In this document: positions 20,557 to 30,386 of the stretch, one piece after another
How positions within the stretch are numbered: position 1 is the stretch's first letter
How the letters are laid out: each line of letters begins with the position of its first letter
Virus record (IMG/VR): IMGVR_UViG_3300030330_006853
DNA length: 64,000 nucleotides
Reading direction: 5' to 3' (one strand)
From: an uncultured virus (IMG/VR IMGVR_UViG_3300030330_006853)
Taxonomy: Duplodnaviria; Heunggongvirae; Uroviricota; Caudoviricetes
The notes under the pieces: generated by a model
What the model was told of the DNA's origin: nothing
Seen by the model: only the letters and a program-made list of their open reading frames with translations
Database searches by the model: none
Program-made: the position numbers and the translations under genes

Positions 20557-20847
20557 TTACTCATTCGTGTCTGAAATGCTGGATACTCGATTAGCTATAT
20601 ATAATATAGCATCTCTAGACTTTCCTATTTCATCAATGACTATTCTAACTTCGGGACTGTCATAAAAAATAGGCCTCTGTAGAACTTCTCCAATGGATTG
20701 GAACGATCCATCTAAGACTTCCAAAGAGTCTTCAAGTGCATCTTCAAAATTTAAAATAATTCTTGAAAATCTCCAAAGATAAAACAGGGAAACACAGAAG
20801 GATATCCCTAAAAAGATGCACATGCCAGAGAGAAACAATATCACCAA
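20557..20847 (-). CDS. Small membrane-anchored hypothetical protein
   Basis: N-terminal hydrophobic helix followed by an acidic helical region. Confidence 0.7.
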   Translation of the reverse strand: MVILFLSGMCIFLGISFCVSLFYLWRFSRIILNFEDALEDSLEVLDGSFQSIGEVLQRPIFYDSPEVRIVIDEIGKSRDAILYIANRVSSISDTNE

Positions 20848-22001
20848 AGATCTCCAAACTTCTTGTCATATAAGCTGGCGATTTTTTCCCAAGAATAGTT
20901 TTCAATAATTTTCTTTTTTAAAATTTGCGAAGAATCAAGAAACTGCTTGTAGTTTTCATACACTTTTCTCATCTTCTTCTTTGCATCACCCTCATCAGCT
21001 TCTGACCACTTAGATCCTGCAGCAAATATATCGCTATCAGACCTTGACTTAGGAATGCTTTTAAGCTCATACCTAACTTTTGCAAAACTACCGATTCTTA
21101 GAAATTCGGTATGTGCTGACCAGTTGGTTGCAATTACTGGTTTTCCGGCGGCTGCAGTTTCAAGAATAGGTAGCCCAAATCCTTCTCCTCTAGTTAGCGT
21201 AACAAGAGCTTTTACTTTCTCGCTATTGTAAAGACGATAGAGGTCTGCGTCTTCAAGATCACCGTGCACAAGGTGAATTTTTGGAAAGCCCGATGGTCGA
21301 ACTTCAGCTAGAAGCTTATTTAAAAGCTGCGATGTTGCTAGTCTATCTATCTTCGTAGACCTACCCCTATTTGTCTTGACGATTAAACCTACTTCTTTAT
21401 CTTCTTTGAATTCTTCACAAAACCACTTTACAGTATTGTAAAAATTTTTTCTATCATTTTCCGAGTTATTGCCTGTAATTTGTCCAAAAAGAAGAAAATT
21501 AAAAGGAGTAGAAAAGTCAAACTGCTCAAAGTCCTTGTTATCACTAGCAAGCTGGTCGAAATAGCTTTCAGGAATAACGTCTATCTTAGAAGAAAATGCA
21601 CCAGACATGCTTCTTTTTGCATGCTCGGAGGGAACAACAACTAAATCCATTTTTTGAATATGCTGGTGCCAAGAATCATGGCATCTATCTGTTTCAATTC
21701 CTGCAGTTATTCCAACATTGTATGAAGCTAATTCATGGTCCCACTCGAAAGGCAGTTGAACTTGAAAAGAAATGTCGGCCTTAACTTCCAAGTTTACGCT
21801 CCTTTTCATAATCTCTCCCGCTAGACCTTCATATCGATCAGGAGAAATTGACCAAGTTGTAATACCCCATCCTGTAGGCTGGCAATAAAGCTTAATGTTG
21901 CCTGCTCTCTCATTGGCAAGAAGCCATCTGAATATTTGACGAGAGTGAACTCCGTATCCAGAATTTGTTAAGCACGGGCCTCTAAAGACTACATTCTTCA
22001 T
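20841..22001 (-). CDS. Glycosyltransferase, GT4 (GT-B)
   Basis: SGYG N-terminal motif; RGEGFGLPILETAAAGKPVIATNWS. Confidence 0.92.
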   Translation of the reverse strand: MKNVVFRGPCLTNSGYGVHSRQIFRWLLANERAGNIKLYCQPTGWGITTWSISPDRYEGLAGEIMKRSVNLEVKADISFQVQLPFEWDHELASYNVGITAGIETDRCHDSWHQHIQKMDLVVVPSEHAKRSMSGAFSSKIDVIPESYFDQLASDNKDFEQFDFSTPFNFLLFGQITGNNSENDRKNFYNTVKWFCEEFKEDKEVGLIVKTNRGRSTKIDRLATSQLLNKLLAEVRPSGFPKIHLVHGDLEDADLYRLYNSEKVKALVTLTRGEGFGLPILETAAAGKPVIATNWSAHTEFLRIGSFAKVRYELKSIPKSRSDSDIFAAGSKWSEADEGDAKKKMRKVYENYKQFLDSSQILKKKIIENYSWEKIASLYDKKFGDLW

Positions 22002-23257
22002 TAAAAAGTCCTCACAGAATAAGGTTGATAAATTGAACTTCTATTATTTTTCCAATCCTCAGAAAGCTTCCACAAACTCTCATCCCATTTTTGTATGACA
22101 TCAGACAATGAGAATTCTGAGTTTACATAGCTTCTAGCTTTTTCTCCAAGCTCTTTTCTTTTTTCGGGGCCCATTTTATAGAGGTCGAAGATAGCTGTTG
22201 AGATAGTTTCATTAGAAACATAGTCTTCATAGATATAGGGGACTAGCTGGCTGCCCACCAAAGACCTAGTCTCTATGGGAAGGGCAATACCGTTTTCACT
22301 TCCATCTCTATGATCGACAACTTGTCTTGTTAGGCCACCAGTTTTAGGTGCAATAATTGGATTTCCGCACTGCATTGACTCAAGAGTTGTCAGTCCAAAA
22401 CCTTCATTTAAAGATACGTTAATACAGAAGTCAGAAATATTATGCAAAACGTTCATTTTTTCAAACTCAAGCCTATCTGTAGAAAAGAAAACGTTTGAGC
22501 TGATACCCATCATATCAACAGTCTGGTATAGGTTGGGACCTTCTTGATCTAAGGGATCTGTGTGCATTATAAGTGTGGCTTTTCTATGCCCCTGATCTTT
22601 TTCAAGCTTTTCTAAAAATATCTTCCAGGACTCTAGAAGGTCATTAGGCCTTTTTCTCTTTGCATTTCTATTGATCCAAATTCCAACAAAATGATCCTTT
22701 CTTTCTTCACCTAAAAGAATTTTCTTGTAATATTTCTGCTCCTGGTCAGGTAATTTTTTAAACAAGTCTTGCGGGAGAGCGTGTGGGATAAAGTTTGTTT
22801 TGTTAGGGAATTTTTCTTTTACGAGCTCGTATGTCATGTGAGAGTGACAATTTACTAAATCAGTTGATTCATACACTGTTCTATTGAATTCTGGCCAGGG
22901 ACCATTGTCCCACACGTGCCAGTATGCAATTGGGCAAACTTGATGTATCTCATCTTCCATCTCAAAAAGCCAGGTAAAAAATCTCGGATCTGTAAAGATT
23001 AAAAGAACATCTGGTTTTTCCATTGCCAGGGTGGTCCTAATCATATCCTGAGTTCCAAAGCCATCAACGGGCTTAATTACAATTTCTGGATGCGGCTGAA
23101 CTACTGAGTAATCTGTATGCTTAATTGCAGCGCCGAACTGCCTAATTGTCCACCTATCTGTTTGAGCTAGCCCAAAGGCAAGATATCTAGATTGGCATCC
23201 CACGCCGGACGTGCTTAGCAGGTGATCGCTTAGCATTAAAATTTTCTTCTTTTTCAT
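22001..23257 (-). CDS. Glycosyltransferase, GT4 (GT-B)
   Basis: NRNAKRKR; NEGFGLTTLESMQCGNPIIAPKTGGL. Confidence 0.92.
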   Translation of the reverse strand: MKKKKILMLSDHLLSTSGVGCQSRYLAFGLAQTDRWTIRQFGAAIKHTDYSVVQPHPEIVIKPVDGFGTQDMIRTTLAMEKPDVLLIFTDPRFFTWLFEMEDEIHQVCPIAYWHVWDNGPWPEFNRTVYESTDLVNCHSHMTYELVKEKFPNKTNFIPHALPQDLFKKLPDQEQKYYKKILLGEERKDHFVGIWINRNAKRKRPNDLLESWKIFLEKLEKDQGHRKATLIMHTDPLDQEGPNLYQTVDMMGISSNVFFSTDRLEFEKMNVLHNISDFCINVSLNEGFGLTTLESMQCGNPIIAPKTGGLTRQVVDHRDGSENGIALPIETRSLVGSQLVPYIYEDYVSNETISTAIFDLYKMGPEKRKELGEKARSYVNSEFSLSDVIQKWDESLWKLSEDWKNNRSSIYQPYSVRTF

Positions 23258-23331
23258 TAATTTTCCGTGCTAGTCGAAAAAACGACCTTTAATGTAATAT
23301 TATTTGCACAGGCAAGAAAGTAAAAATTATT

Positions 23332-24174
23332 CTATGAGTTCGGACAGTGCTCTGTGCTCTTGAACTCGCACCACCTGCACGCACTAAAGTTTTTCGGGAA
23401 AAATCCCTTTCTAACTGCTGCAAGCATTGATCTTACAGTCTTTACTGCCTTGTTAATTTTTGCCTCTGAGCCTGACACTTCAACAAGCTCACAACGATTG
23501 CCGTTCTTTCCGTCTCTCTTCAAGAGGATAAAACCAACCTTTATATCTTTCGGATCAATGTTGTGCTTCTGCGACCAGAAGTGCTTGTAAAGTATCAGCT
23601 GCATCTGGTAATTAAAGTCTTGTTTCTTAGAGGGCTTCCATCCCCACCCTGCTGTCTTCCAGTCAAGAAGCCATATCTTGTTCTGTCCTCGCTTGTTCTT
23701 GGCAAGAATGACTGCATCGATAAATCCCTTGAACTGCATCTCATCGTTCTGGATGACCTCGTAGAGCTGTTCCTCTCCCTCTACACCTTTCCACTCAGGG
23801 AAGGTATCATCTAAGAATTTGGGGACATCGTCGATAATGTCAGAGGCTATCTGCTTCCACTGTTCTCGATCTGGTGAATACTTGCAAAAACCATTAGCGG
23901 CAATATACTCATTGATGCCTTCTTGATTCTCATCCCAGTAATCATCAATCTCTTTGAAAGCTAGATCTTTGTCTATCTCTCTAGTCTCGATATAGTGCTC
24001 GCAAGTTGCGTGAACACCGGTTCCAAAACCGAGATAAGGAGAAGGATCAAAAGATCCTAGCTTGTCAATGTGAAGAAGCTTATGCCTATATGGGCACTCT
24101 TTCCAGGCAAAAAGCTCTGAAAATGAGATGTGTGGCTTGCCAGTAGGAAATATCATATTATAATGGTATATCAA
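23332..24174 (-). CDS. PD-(D/E)XK nuclease, Cas4/AddB-like, with four Cys (Fe-S) ligands
   Basis: HISFS...ECPY; GFIDAV...LLDWKT...QLILY; C-terminal CRWCEFKSTEHC. Confidence 0.88.
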   Translation of the reverse strand: MIYHYNMIFPTGKPHISFSELFAWKECPYRHKLLHIDKLGSFDPSPYLGFGTGVHATCEHYIETREIDKDLAFKEIDDYWDENQEGINEYIAANGFCKYSPDREQWKQIASDIIDDVPKFLDDTFPEWKGVEGEEQLYEVIQNDEMQFKGFIDAVILAKNKRGQNKIWLLDWKTAGWGWKPSKKQDFNYQMQLILYKHFWSQKHNIDPKDIKVGFILLKRDGKNGNRCELVEVSGSEAKINKAVKTVRSMLAAVRKGFFPKNFSACRWCEFKSTEHCPNS

Positions 24175-25056
24175 CTAATAAGAAAGTACAGTGTCTTCTA
24201 ATCTGCTAGTAGGTGACCACCCTAAGACCTGTGTGGCTTTAGAAATGTCAGCCATTGTCTCTCGAGCTTCTCCTGATCGAGAGGGTATGTAAGTTTTCTC
24301 TCCACCTACAAGATCTGCGACCTGGTTGATAGAATAATTTCTACCTGTCCCGATATTAAAGAGTCCATGATATACCTTTGAATCTGCAGCCATCATATTA
24401 GCACGAACAACGTCCTTAATGTAAGTAAAGTCGCGGCGTTGTTCGCCATCTCCTACAATGGTTAGTTTCTCACCTGCTTCTTTCATCCTCTTAAAAAGGC
24501 CCACAACTGGTGCGTATTGACCTTTCAGCGGTTCCCTTGGACCATACACATTAAAATAACGCAATGTGATTGTGCTTAAACCGTATAGGTCTGAGAACAT
24601 CTTGCAGAGCTCTTCGCCCTGCTTCTTTGAAAGAGAATAAGGTGTAAGGCAGTCTGGTATCATCTCCTCGTGGTGAGGCGGCTTATTCTTGTGTCCATAG
24701 CAGGAAGAGCTGCTTGAGTAGACAACCTTTTTAACTCCTGCGTTTTTAGCATTATTGAGAACCTTCGAGGTTCCTAGAACGTTTGATTCAAATGCCCCAG
24801 ATGGATCGTCGATGGTTGGCTGGATTCTCGATCTTGCTGCAAGGTGAAACACGACGTCAACACCCTTGTAGAGATCTGCAGTTCTATCATCACAGATATC
24901 AAGCTTGAAATAGTCAGCTCCGCTAAACTTATAAAACTCGTGGTTCTCATTTGCAGACTCGTCGTCAATCACGAGAACCTGATCTCCTTTTAATAGGAGT
25001 TCTTCGACAACGTGAGAACCGATAAATCCGCAACCTCCAGTAACCAGAGCTTTCAT
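24175..25056 (-). CDS. NAD-dependent nucleotide-sugar epimerase/dehydratase
   Basis: VTGGCGFIGSH; YSLSK catalytic motif; LRYFNVYGP; RDFTYIKDVV. Confidence 0.93.
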   Translation of the reverse strand: MKALVTGGCGFIGSHVVEELLLKGDQVLVIDDESANENHEFYKFSGADYFKLDICDDRTADLYKGVDVVFHLAARSRIQPTIDDPSGAFESNVLGTSKVLNNAKNAGVKKVVYSSSSSCYGHKNKPPHHEEMIPDCLTPYSLSKKQGEELCKMFSDLYGLSTITLRYFNVYGPREPLKGQYAPVVGLFKRMKEAGEKLTIVGDGEQRRDFTYIKDVVRANMMAADSKVYHGLFNIGTGRNYSINQVADLVGGEKTYIPSRSGEARETMADISKATQVLGWSPTSRLEDTVLSY

Positions 25057-25913
25057 TAATCCTCCGAAACCGCTCTACCCGACATTGCTTCCCAGTCACG
25101 ATGTTCGGGTGCACGGACTTCCAAATTTTTATTCCATACTGCCTGTAGAACGCTAGGATCTACACCTTTCTCTCTTGCCAAGAACATTAAAGCGTTGACG
25201 TCTTTCGGAAAGCAGTGACCTCCAAATCCGTAAGATCCATCAGGACCCGGAGAAGATAAATGTGAATTTCCTATTCTCTGGTCATAAAGACCATATTCAA
25301 CAACTTTATCGTAGTCTATTTTAGACTTTTCGCAAATCTGTCTCATTTCGTTAGAAAAACTAACTTTTGTTGCCAGGAAACAATTTGTAAAATACTTTAC
25401 CATTTCTGCGGTGTTAGAGCCTGTTTTGATAATAGATGACTTTGGAAAGGCTTTTGAAAACAGGGTTTTCAAAATAGAAGTAGCTGGACGCGGGCCACCT
25501 AATATTATTCTATTTTGATTCTTGAAGTCGTTGATTGCATTTGCTTCAGTTAGAAATTCAGGATTAAAAACAACTTGAATATTGTGAACCTTTGAATTTA
25601 GCATCTCAGTTGTTCCAGGAGGAACAGTCGATTTAATGACTACTATTTCACAAGAAGCTTCACTGTCATTGCAAATACTATCTATTTCCAATACGGTTTT
25701 CTCTACAAGCCTAACGTCGCACTCACCTGATTTTCTCATAGGTGTCGGTAAGCATTGGAATATTATTTTTGCCTGATATGCTAGATCTTCTAGCGTATCA
25801 ACTGCGAAATCTTCTTTTTTTGAGATATCAAATGTTCTTATATCATAAAAGTCTCTCAATCCTTCTCTGACAGCAGTTCCAACAAATCCTTGCCCGCATA
25901 TCCCTATAATCAA
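25056..25913 (-). CDS. UDP-glucose/UDP-GlcNAc 6-dehydrogenase family, lacking the C-terminal domain
   Basis: GQGFVG; KSTVPPGTT; FNPEFLTE; GFGGHCFPKD; only 285 aa. Confidence 0.9.
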   Translation of the reverse strand: MIIGICGQGFVGTAVREGLRDFYDIRTFDISKKEDFAVDTLEDLAYQAKIIFQCLPTPMRKSGECDVRLVEKTVLEIDSICNDSEASCEIVVIKSTVPPGTTEMLNSKVHNIQVVFNPEFLTEANAINDFKNQNRIILGGPRPATSILKTLFSKAFPKSSIIKTGSNTAEMVKYFTNCFLATKVSFSNEMRQICEKSKIDYDKVVEYGLYDQRIGNSHLSSPGPDGSYGFGGHCFPKDVNALMFLAREKGVDPSVLQAVWNKNLEVRAPEHRDWEAMSGRAVSED

Positions 25914-26218
25914 TTGTTCGACTCCTTAAAGAAAGCCTTGTCATTAAAAGCTTTGTCATCCACGAAAATATCATAGTAAGGCTTTCCTAAATGAAGCTCA
26001 TGATACTGAACACCCCAGGACTTCATTTGATCCTCCGTGAGACCCCTCCAGTCTATTCCAGTTGTAGACCCGCGAGCTGTAAACAAAATAATGCGATGCC
26101 CTTCATCATATAAATTATTGACAATTTTAATCCTGTCGTAAAAGGGCATAGCTTGTTCGTAAGTTCCTTCAGTGTTAGAGCATAAAGTTCCATCAATATC
26201 GAAACAGTAGTGCATCAT
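25910..26218 (-). CDS. Small HAD-superfamily phosphatase (capsule-biosynthesis type)
   Basis: FDIDGTLC; FTARG; GKP...FVDDKA. Confidence 0.88.
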   Translation of the reverse strand: MMHYCFDIDGTLCSNTEGTYEQAMPFYDRIKIVNNLYDEGHRIILFTARGSTTGIDWRGLTEDQMKSWGVQYHELHLGKPYYDIFVDDKAFNDKAFFKESNN

Positions 26219-27201
26219 TAAGAGTTACTCCTTATAAATTCTTCAACCATTGACCTCTGATTACTATCCTCAAAAATATCCAGATCTATTTTGCCTATAT
26301 TGTTTCTCAAAAAGACATAGTGGTGAATCTTGTTAGGCTTTCTTGAAAGAGACGCAACCCTTACAACAGCTTCATATCGAGTAGGCAGCTCATAAAAAGA
26401 TCTGTTTACTAAAAGTTTTTCCTCGAAGCATTTTTGTAGAAATTTTTCATTAACTCCCGGGACTGATGTTGAAACATCTATCTGATAGTGAAGCATATCA
26501 TTTTCTTCAAATCGAACCCTGAATCCGTTTTTCTCTTCTATGATGCTTAGATTAAATTCGCCCTTATTTTTCTCCGCAAAGCTTGTGACTTCTTCTTTCA
26601 CAGACTTTAGTTCATCTTTTTTTACTATAACATCCAAGTCTTTTCCGACAGCATAACTACTAGGAAAAGAAGGTGGATTGCAAGGAGTGTCTCTTTTGAT
26701 TAGAAAGTATTCATATTTTTTAAGACTAGAAAGAAGTCTGCCTATGTCAAGCTTACACTTCATGGCTTTTCCATGTTTTTCAAAAACTTCATTCAGGTAA
26801 GAAGTGTGATCATGAGTATCGCCCATGTGAATTATGACATCAGGCTTCCCTTCAAAAGTCTTCAAGAAACTATATCTTTCTCTGATAGCTCTTTTAATAT
26901 TTTCTGTAACTATTGAAATTGGCATGCCGTTTGATTTAGTTCGATAGTTTGGATTGGGAATGTCTATGTTTATCATTCTTGCTACGCGCTTATACTGCCT
27001 CATTCTTTCAACCTTCTTTTCAATTTTCCAAGTAGGCATACTATCAGGCTCATAAATGTCTAAAATAAACTGGTCATAATTTTCCCATGTAGAAAAATAA
27101 TAATCTCTAGAGTCTACAACTTGAAATCCTCCAGAAAGATCACTTTCAATTTCATTAAAAAATTCTTTGGCTGCAGCCCATAAAGTCACACAAAATATCA
27201 T
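26218..27201 (-). CDS. Hypothetical protein with a possible C-terminal nucleotidyltransferase-like domain
   Basis: GKDLDVIV (DxD) followed later by QIDV; embedded in the sugar cluster. Confidence 0.45.
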   Translation of the reverse strand: MIFCVTLWAAAKEFFNEIESDLSGGFQVVDSRDYYFSTWENYDQFILDIYEPDSMPTWKIEKKVERMRQYKRVARMINIDIPNPNYRTKSNGMPISIVTENIKRAIRERYSFLKTFEGKPDVIIHMGDTHDHTSYLNEVFEKHGKAMKCKLDIGRLLSSLKKYEYFLIKRDTPCNPPSFPSSYAVGKDLDVIVKKDELKSVKEEVTSFAEKNKGEFNLSIIEEKNGFRVRFEENDMLHYQIDVSTSVPGVNEKFLQKCFEEKLLVNRSFYELPTRYEAVVRVASLSRKPNKIHHYVFLRNNIGKIDLDIFEDSNQRSMVEEFIRSNS

Positions 27202-27680
27202 TTTATCTTTTGAAAAACCTCTTCTTTTTTAGTAGTCATAGCCGAAATATATTTTTCATCTAATCCGAGACTTTTAAAATATTCTATTCCGTAGAACTTT
27301 GGATTTTTTCTTCTTTCATCTGATCTTGCTTTTACTATGACGGGTATATTGTCTATCTGAAAAAACATTGCGCATGCAAGGCGATGTGTTCCCCCAGTCA
27401 TCAAACCATCATAGTCGTCATATTCAATGGGAAATCTAGGTAAGAATCCAAATTTATCAAAAGAAAGGACCAGTTGGTGAAAGTCTGAGACTGCAGTATC
27501 TGGATTTCTTTTTTTCCTCGAGATAATCCACTGCCTATAAACCTCTATGCCGAAATCATTTTTTCCTGCAAAATTCTCAATTGCAAGAAGCATTGCAAAC
27601 GTTTGATAGGAGTAAAACCTTCCATCCTTTTCTTGCATTCTCAAAAACTTAGCAAGATCAATGGTGACAAAATTATGCAA
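27198..27680 (-). CDS. ParB/sulfiredoxin-fold protein
   Basis: SFDKFGF...PI......LMTGGTHRLACA....IPV fits the ParB/Srx 'G.HRl.A' motif. Confidence 0.6.
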   Translation of the reverse strand: MHNFVTIDLAKFLRMQEKDGRFYSYQTFAMLLAIENFAGKNDFGIEVYRQWIISRKKRNPDTAVSDFHQLVLSFDKFGFLPRFPIEYDDYDGLMTGGTHRLACAMFFQIDNIPVIVKARSDERRKNPKFYGIEYFKSLGLDEKYISAMTTKKEEVFQKIK

Positions 27681-28034
27681 CTAATCACCCTTTACTATTC
27701 GATAGCTATCTTCATCAAAATGCTGCGTTGAAAATTCAAACAATTCTGAGTTTTCGAGTGCAATCATCTGGTGCCGCAGCCCCCGGTAAATGTGAAAGTT
27801 TTCACCCGGGTTTAGTATTATCTCTTCGGCATTTTCAAGATCATCTTGTTCACTAAACTTTACGACCATTTTCCCTGACTGTAGGTAGAAGACTTCATCC
27901 TTGATTTTGTGATAATGCCAAGAGCATCTCTTGCCCTTATTGAAGAATAGAAGCTTACCGCAATATTCTTCTTTGTTGACTATCCACCTCTCCCATCCCC
28001 AGCCTTTATCAACATGAGTCATTTCTAGAGTCAT
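27681..28034 (-). CDS. Cupin-fold sugar isomerase/epimerase-like protein
   Basis: KGWGWE; SWHYHKIKDEVFY; H..RH cupin metal motifs. Confidence 0.85.
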   Translation of the reverse strand: MTLEMTHVDKGWGWERWIVNKEEYCGKLLFFNKGKRCSWHYHKIKDEVFYLQSGKMVVKFSEQDDLENAEEIILNPGENFHIYRGLRHQMIALENSELFEFSTQHFDEDSYRIVKGD

Positions 28035-28035
28035 A

Positions 28036-28806
28036 TTAGAGTCCTTTCGCTAGCCATCCACCGTCGACGTATATATCTTGACCTGTGACGTAACAAGAAG
28101 CAGAAGAAGATAAAAAAATTGCAGCTCCTACTAAGTCTTCGGGTGTGCCCCACCTTCCTAGAATGGTTTTATCTGATCTTTGTTTTCTCATGTTCTCATC
28201 AGACCAGCTTTTAGCTGTCATTGCAGTTTTTACATATCCGGGCCCTAAGCTGTTTACTCTTATCCCTCTTTTTCCAAGATCAAGAGCGGCAGATTTTGTA
28301 AGCATTTTAAGACCTCCCTTAGATGCTACATAAGCTGGATTTTCAGGAAATGCCATCTCAGAGTTTAAGCTAGTCACATTAATAATTGAGCTTCCAGAAG
28401 TCATTTTTACTGATAACATTCTTATTATCTTAAAAGAAGCTGTCAGATTAACATTGAGTGTATCTTCCCAGTCTTTGTCCGTGTATTGCGAAATACTTCC
28501 GCCCCTGGTTATGCCGGCACAGTTAACTAAAATATCAACTTTGCTAAAAAAGTTACCCATTAATTCTAGGTCAGATGATGAAGTAATGTCACAGCACAGA
28601 GTATAAACTTTTCCTTTTCCCGGAATCTCGCTTTTTTCTATCTGTGACTTTGACCTAGCTAATCCCGCCTCATCTCTATCTACAAGCAAGACATCTGCTC
28701 CTGCGTGGCACAACCCTCGAGAAATTTCTTTACCATTGCCATTTGCTGCACCTGTGACGATGGCATTTTTTCCGTCAAGAGAAAAAATATTTTCAATATA
28801 ACTCAT
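28036..28806 (-). CDS. SDR oxidoreductase (gluconate 5-dehydrogenase/KduD-like)
   Basis: TGAANGNG; NCAGI; YVASKGG; GQDIYVDGGW. Confidence 0.92.
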   Translation of the reverse strand: MSYIENIFSLDGKNAIVTGAANGNGKEISRGLCHAGADVLLVDRDEAGLARSKSQIEKSEIPGKGKVYTLCCDITSSSDLELMGNFFSKVDILVNCAGITRGGSISQYTDKDWEDTLNVNLTASFKIIRMLSVKMTSGSSIINVTSLNSEMAFPENPAYVASKGGLKMLTKSAALDLGKRGIRVNSLGPGYVKTAMTAKSWSDENMRKQRSDKTILGRWGTPEDLVGAAIFLSSSASCYVTGQDIYVDGGWLAKGL

Positions 28807-29528
28807 TGAACAAACATCCTGTTTACTCGTATCTCTTCTAAAATCATGTTTCCATCTAAAGAAGTAATTTCAGCAACACATTTTCCAAGCTCCTTAGGGT
28901 CAATAAAAGTATCGTAGTCCTGACCTACTACGCTTTTACCCATTTCTGTCTTAATTGAACCAGGAGAGATACAAATGCATCTTATTCCAAAATTTTTAAG
29001 CTCTTGAAAAAGAGATCTACTAAGGCCTAATAATGCATGCTTTGATGAACAGTAAACAGAAGTGTTTGGAAAGCCTGCATACGCAGAAGAAGAACCTATG
29101 TTTACTATTCTTCCCCACCCTTTTTCTTTCATTTTAGAAGAAAAGTTTCTTGACAAAACAAAAGGAGCGATCACGTTCACTTGAAAACACTTCTCTATTA
29201 ATTCTATGTCTGTTTCTTCAAGTGAGCCTACTGGAAAAATTCCTGCGCAGTTAACTAAAATATCAATACTGCCCATGCTCTCTTCGGCTTTCTTTGTTAG
29301 AAAGTCTATTTGAGATATGTTTGATAGATCAAAAGAGCAAGAAAAGAATTTTTGATTTGAGTATTTTTTAGACAAGCTACTGGAAAGATTTTCAACATCG
29401 CTCGTGCTTGATCCTGCAACCAAAAACAGGTTAGCACCCAAGGATGCAAGACTCTCTGCGATTTCTTTTCCTAAGCCTCCTGATGCTCCTGTAATAAAAG
29501 CATTTTTACCGCTTAAAACAGATTTCAT
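28803..29528 (-). CDS. SDR oxidoreductase
   Basis: TGASGGLG; NCAGI; YCSSKHA. Confidence 0.92.
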   Translation of the reverse strand: MKSVLSGKNAFITGASGGLGKEIAESLASLGANLFLVAGSSTSDVENLSSSLSKKYSNQKFFSCSFDLSNISQIDFLTKKAEESMGSIDILVNCAGIFPVGSLEETDIELIEKCFQVNVIAPFVLSRNFSSKMKEKGWGRIVNIGSSSAYAGFPNTSVYCSSKHALLGLSRSLFQELKNFGIRCICISPGSIKTEMGKSVVGQDYDTFIDPKELGKCVAEITSLDGNMILEEIRVNRMFVQ

Positions 29529-29531
29529 TTT

Positions 29532-30386
29532 TTACCAATTGAAATCTTCTACGCTAAAATATCGAAGCTTATCGGCGCATTCTTTTTCTTCAGCAAGAAC
29601 TACTTTTTCTCCGCTACCTAAAATGCTAGACATGTTTCGAACATCCCTGACTAGCCTTCTAATCCCTTCTTTTTCAAGAGATGCTGACTGGTCTGATCCG
29701 TACATTGTTCTATCTAGGGTGATGTGCCTTTCTATGGCAGTAGCCCCCATCGATGCAGCTACTAGAGAAGGAGTAATTCCCCTCTCGTGTCCAGAATAAC
29801 CTACCTCGCAACCATACCGATCCCTTAGGGTATTTATCATATTAAGGTTGCAGTCTTTGTCATTGCAGGGATAAGTGGAGACAGCGTGAAGGAGAGTAAA
29901 TGGACAATCTTCTTCTTTAAAGATGTTAACAGCTCTGTCAATGTCTTCAAACGTAGACATTCCAGTGGAGATATAAGTATGCCTTCCTTCTCTCGCAATT
30001 TCTCTGAGTAGATTTGCGTGCGTAATCATAGCAGATGCAACCTTGTTGAAAGAAAGATCATAATTTTGAAGAAATTTTTGGCTATCTACATCCCATGCAG
30101 AAGCAGACCACTTAATATTAGCTTTTCTACAATATTCATCTATTTCATCATACTGTAGCTTGGAAAACTCCAGGCCTTCTTTTTGTTCCCGCTGAGTGTT
30201 TCCCCAAGGGCTTTCTCGAGTTCCTGCGAGATATTCTTGCGTATAAACCTTGTCTATGTTTCTTTTTTGAAACTTTACAGCGTCACATCCCGCTTCAACT
30301 GCCATATCAATTAGCTTTCTAGCGATGGCCATGTCACCGTTATGATTGATTCCAACTTCTGCTATCATAAAAACTTTACTCATCAC
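29532..30386 (-). CDS. neuB: N-acetylneuraminate-synthase-family (ulosonic acid synthase), short form without the C-terminal SAF domain
   Basis: IAEVGINHNGD; DAVKFQKR; ISTGMS; GYSGHE; IERHITLDR..GSDQ.ASLE. Confidence 0.92.
   Translation of the reverse strand: MMSKVFMIAEVGINHNGDMAIARKLIDMAVEAGCDAVKFQKRNIDKVYTQEYLAGTRESPWGNTQREQKEGLEFSKLQYDEIDEYCRKANIKWSASAWDVDSQKFLQNYDLSFNKVASAMITHANLLREIAREGRHTYISTGMSTFEDIDRAVNIFKEEDCPFTLLHAVSTYPCNDKDCNLNMINTLRDRYGCEVGYSGHERGITPSLVAASMGATAIERHITLDRTMYGSDQSASLEKEGIRRLVRDVRNMSSILGSGEKVVLAEEKECADKLRYFSVEDFNW

Noticed and set aside
23332..24174. CRISPR-Cas locus
   Set aside because: Only a Cas4-like nuclease is present; there is no cas1/cas2, effector or array.
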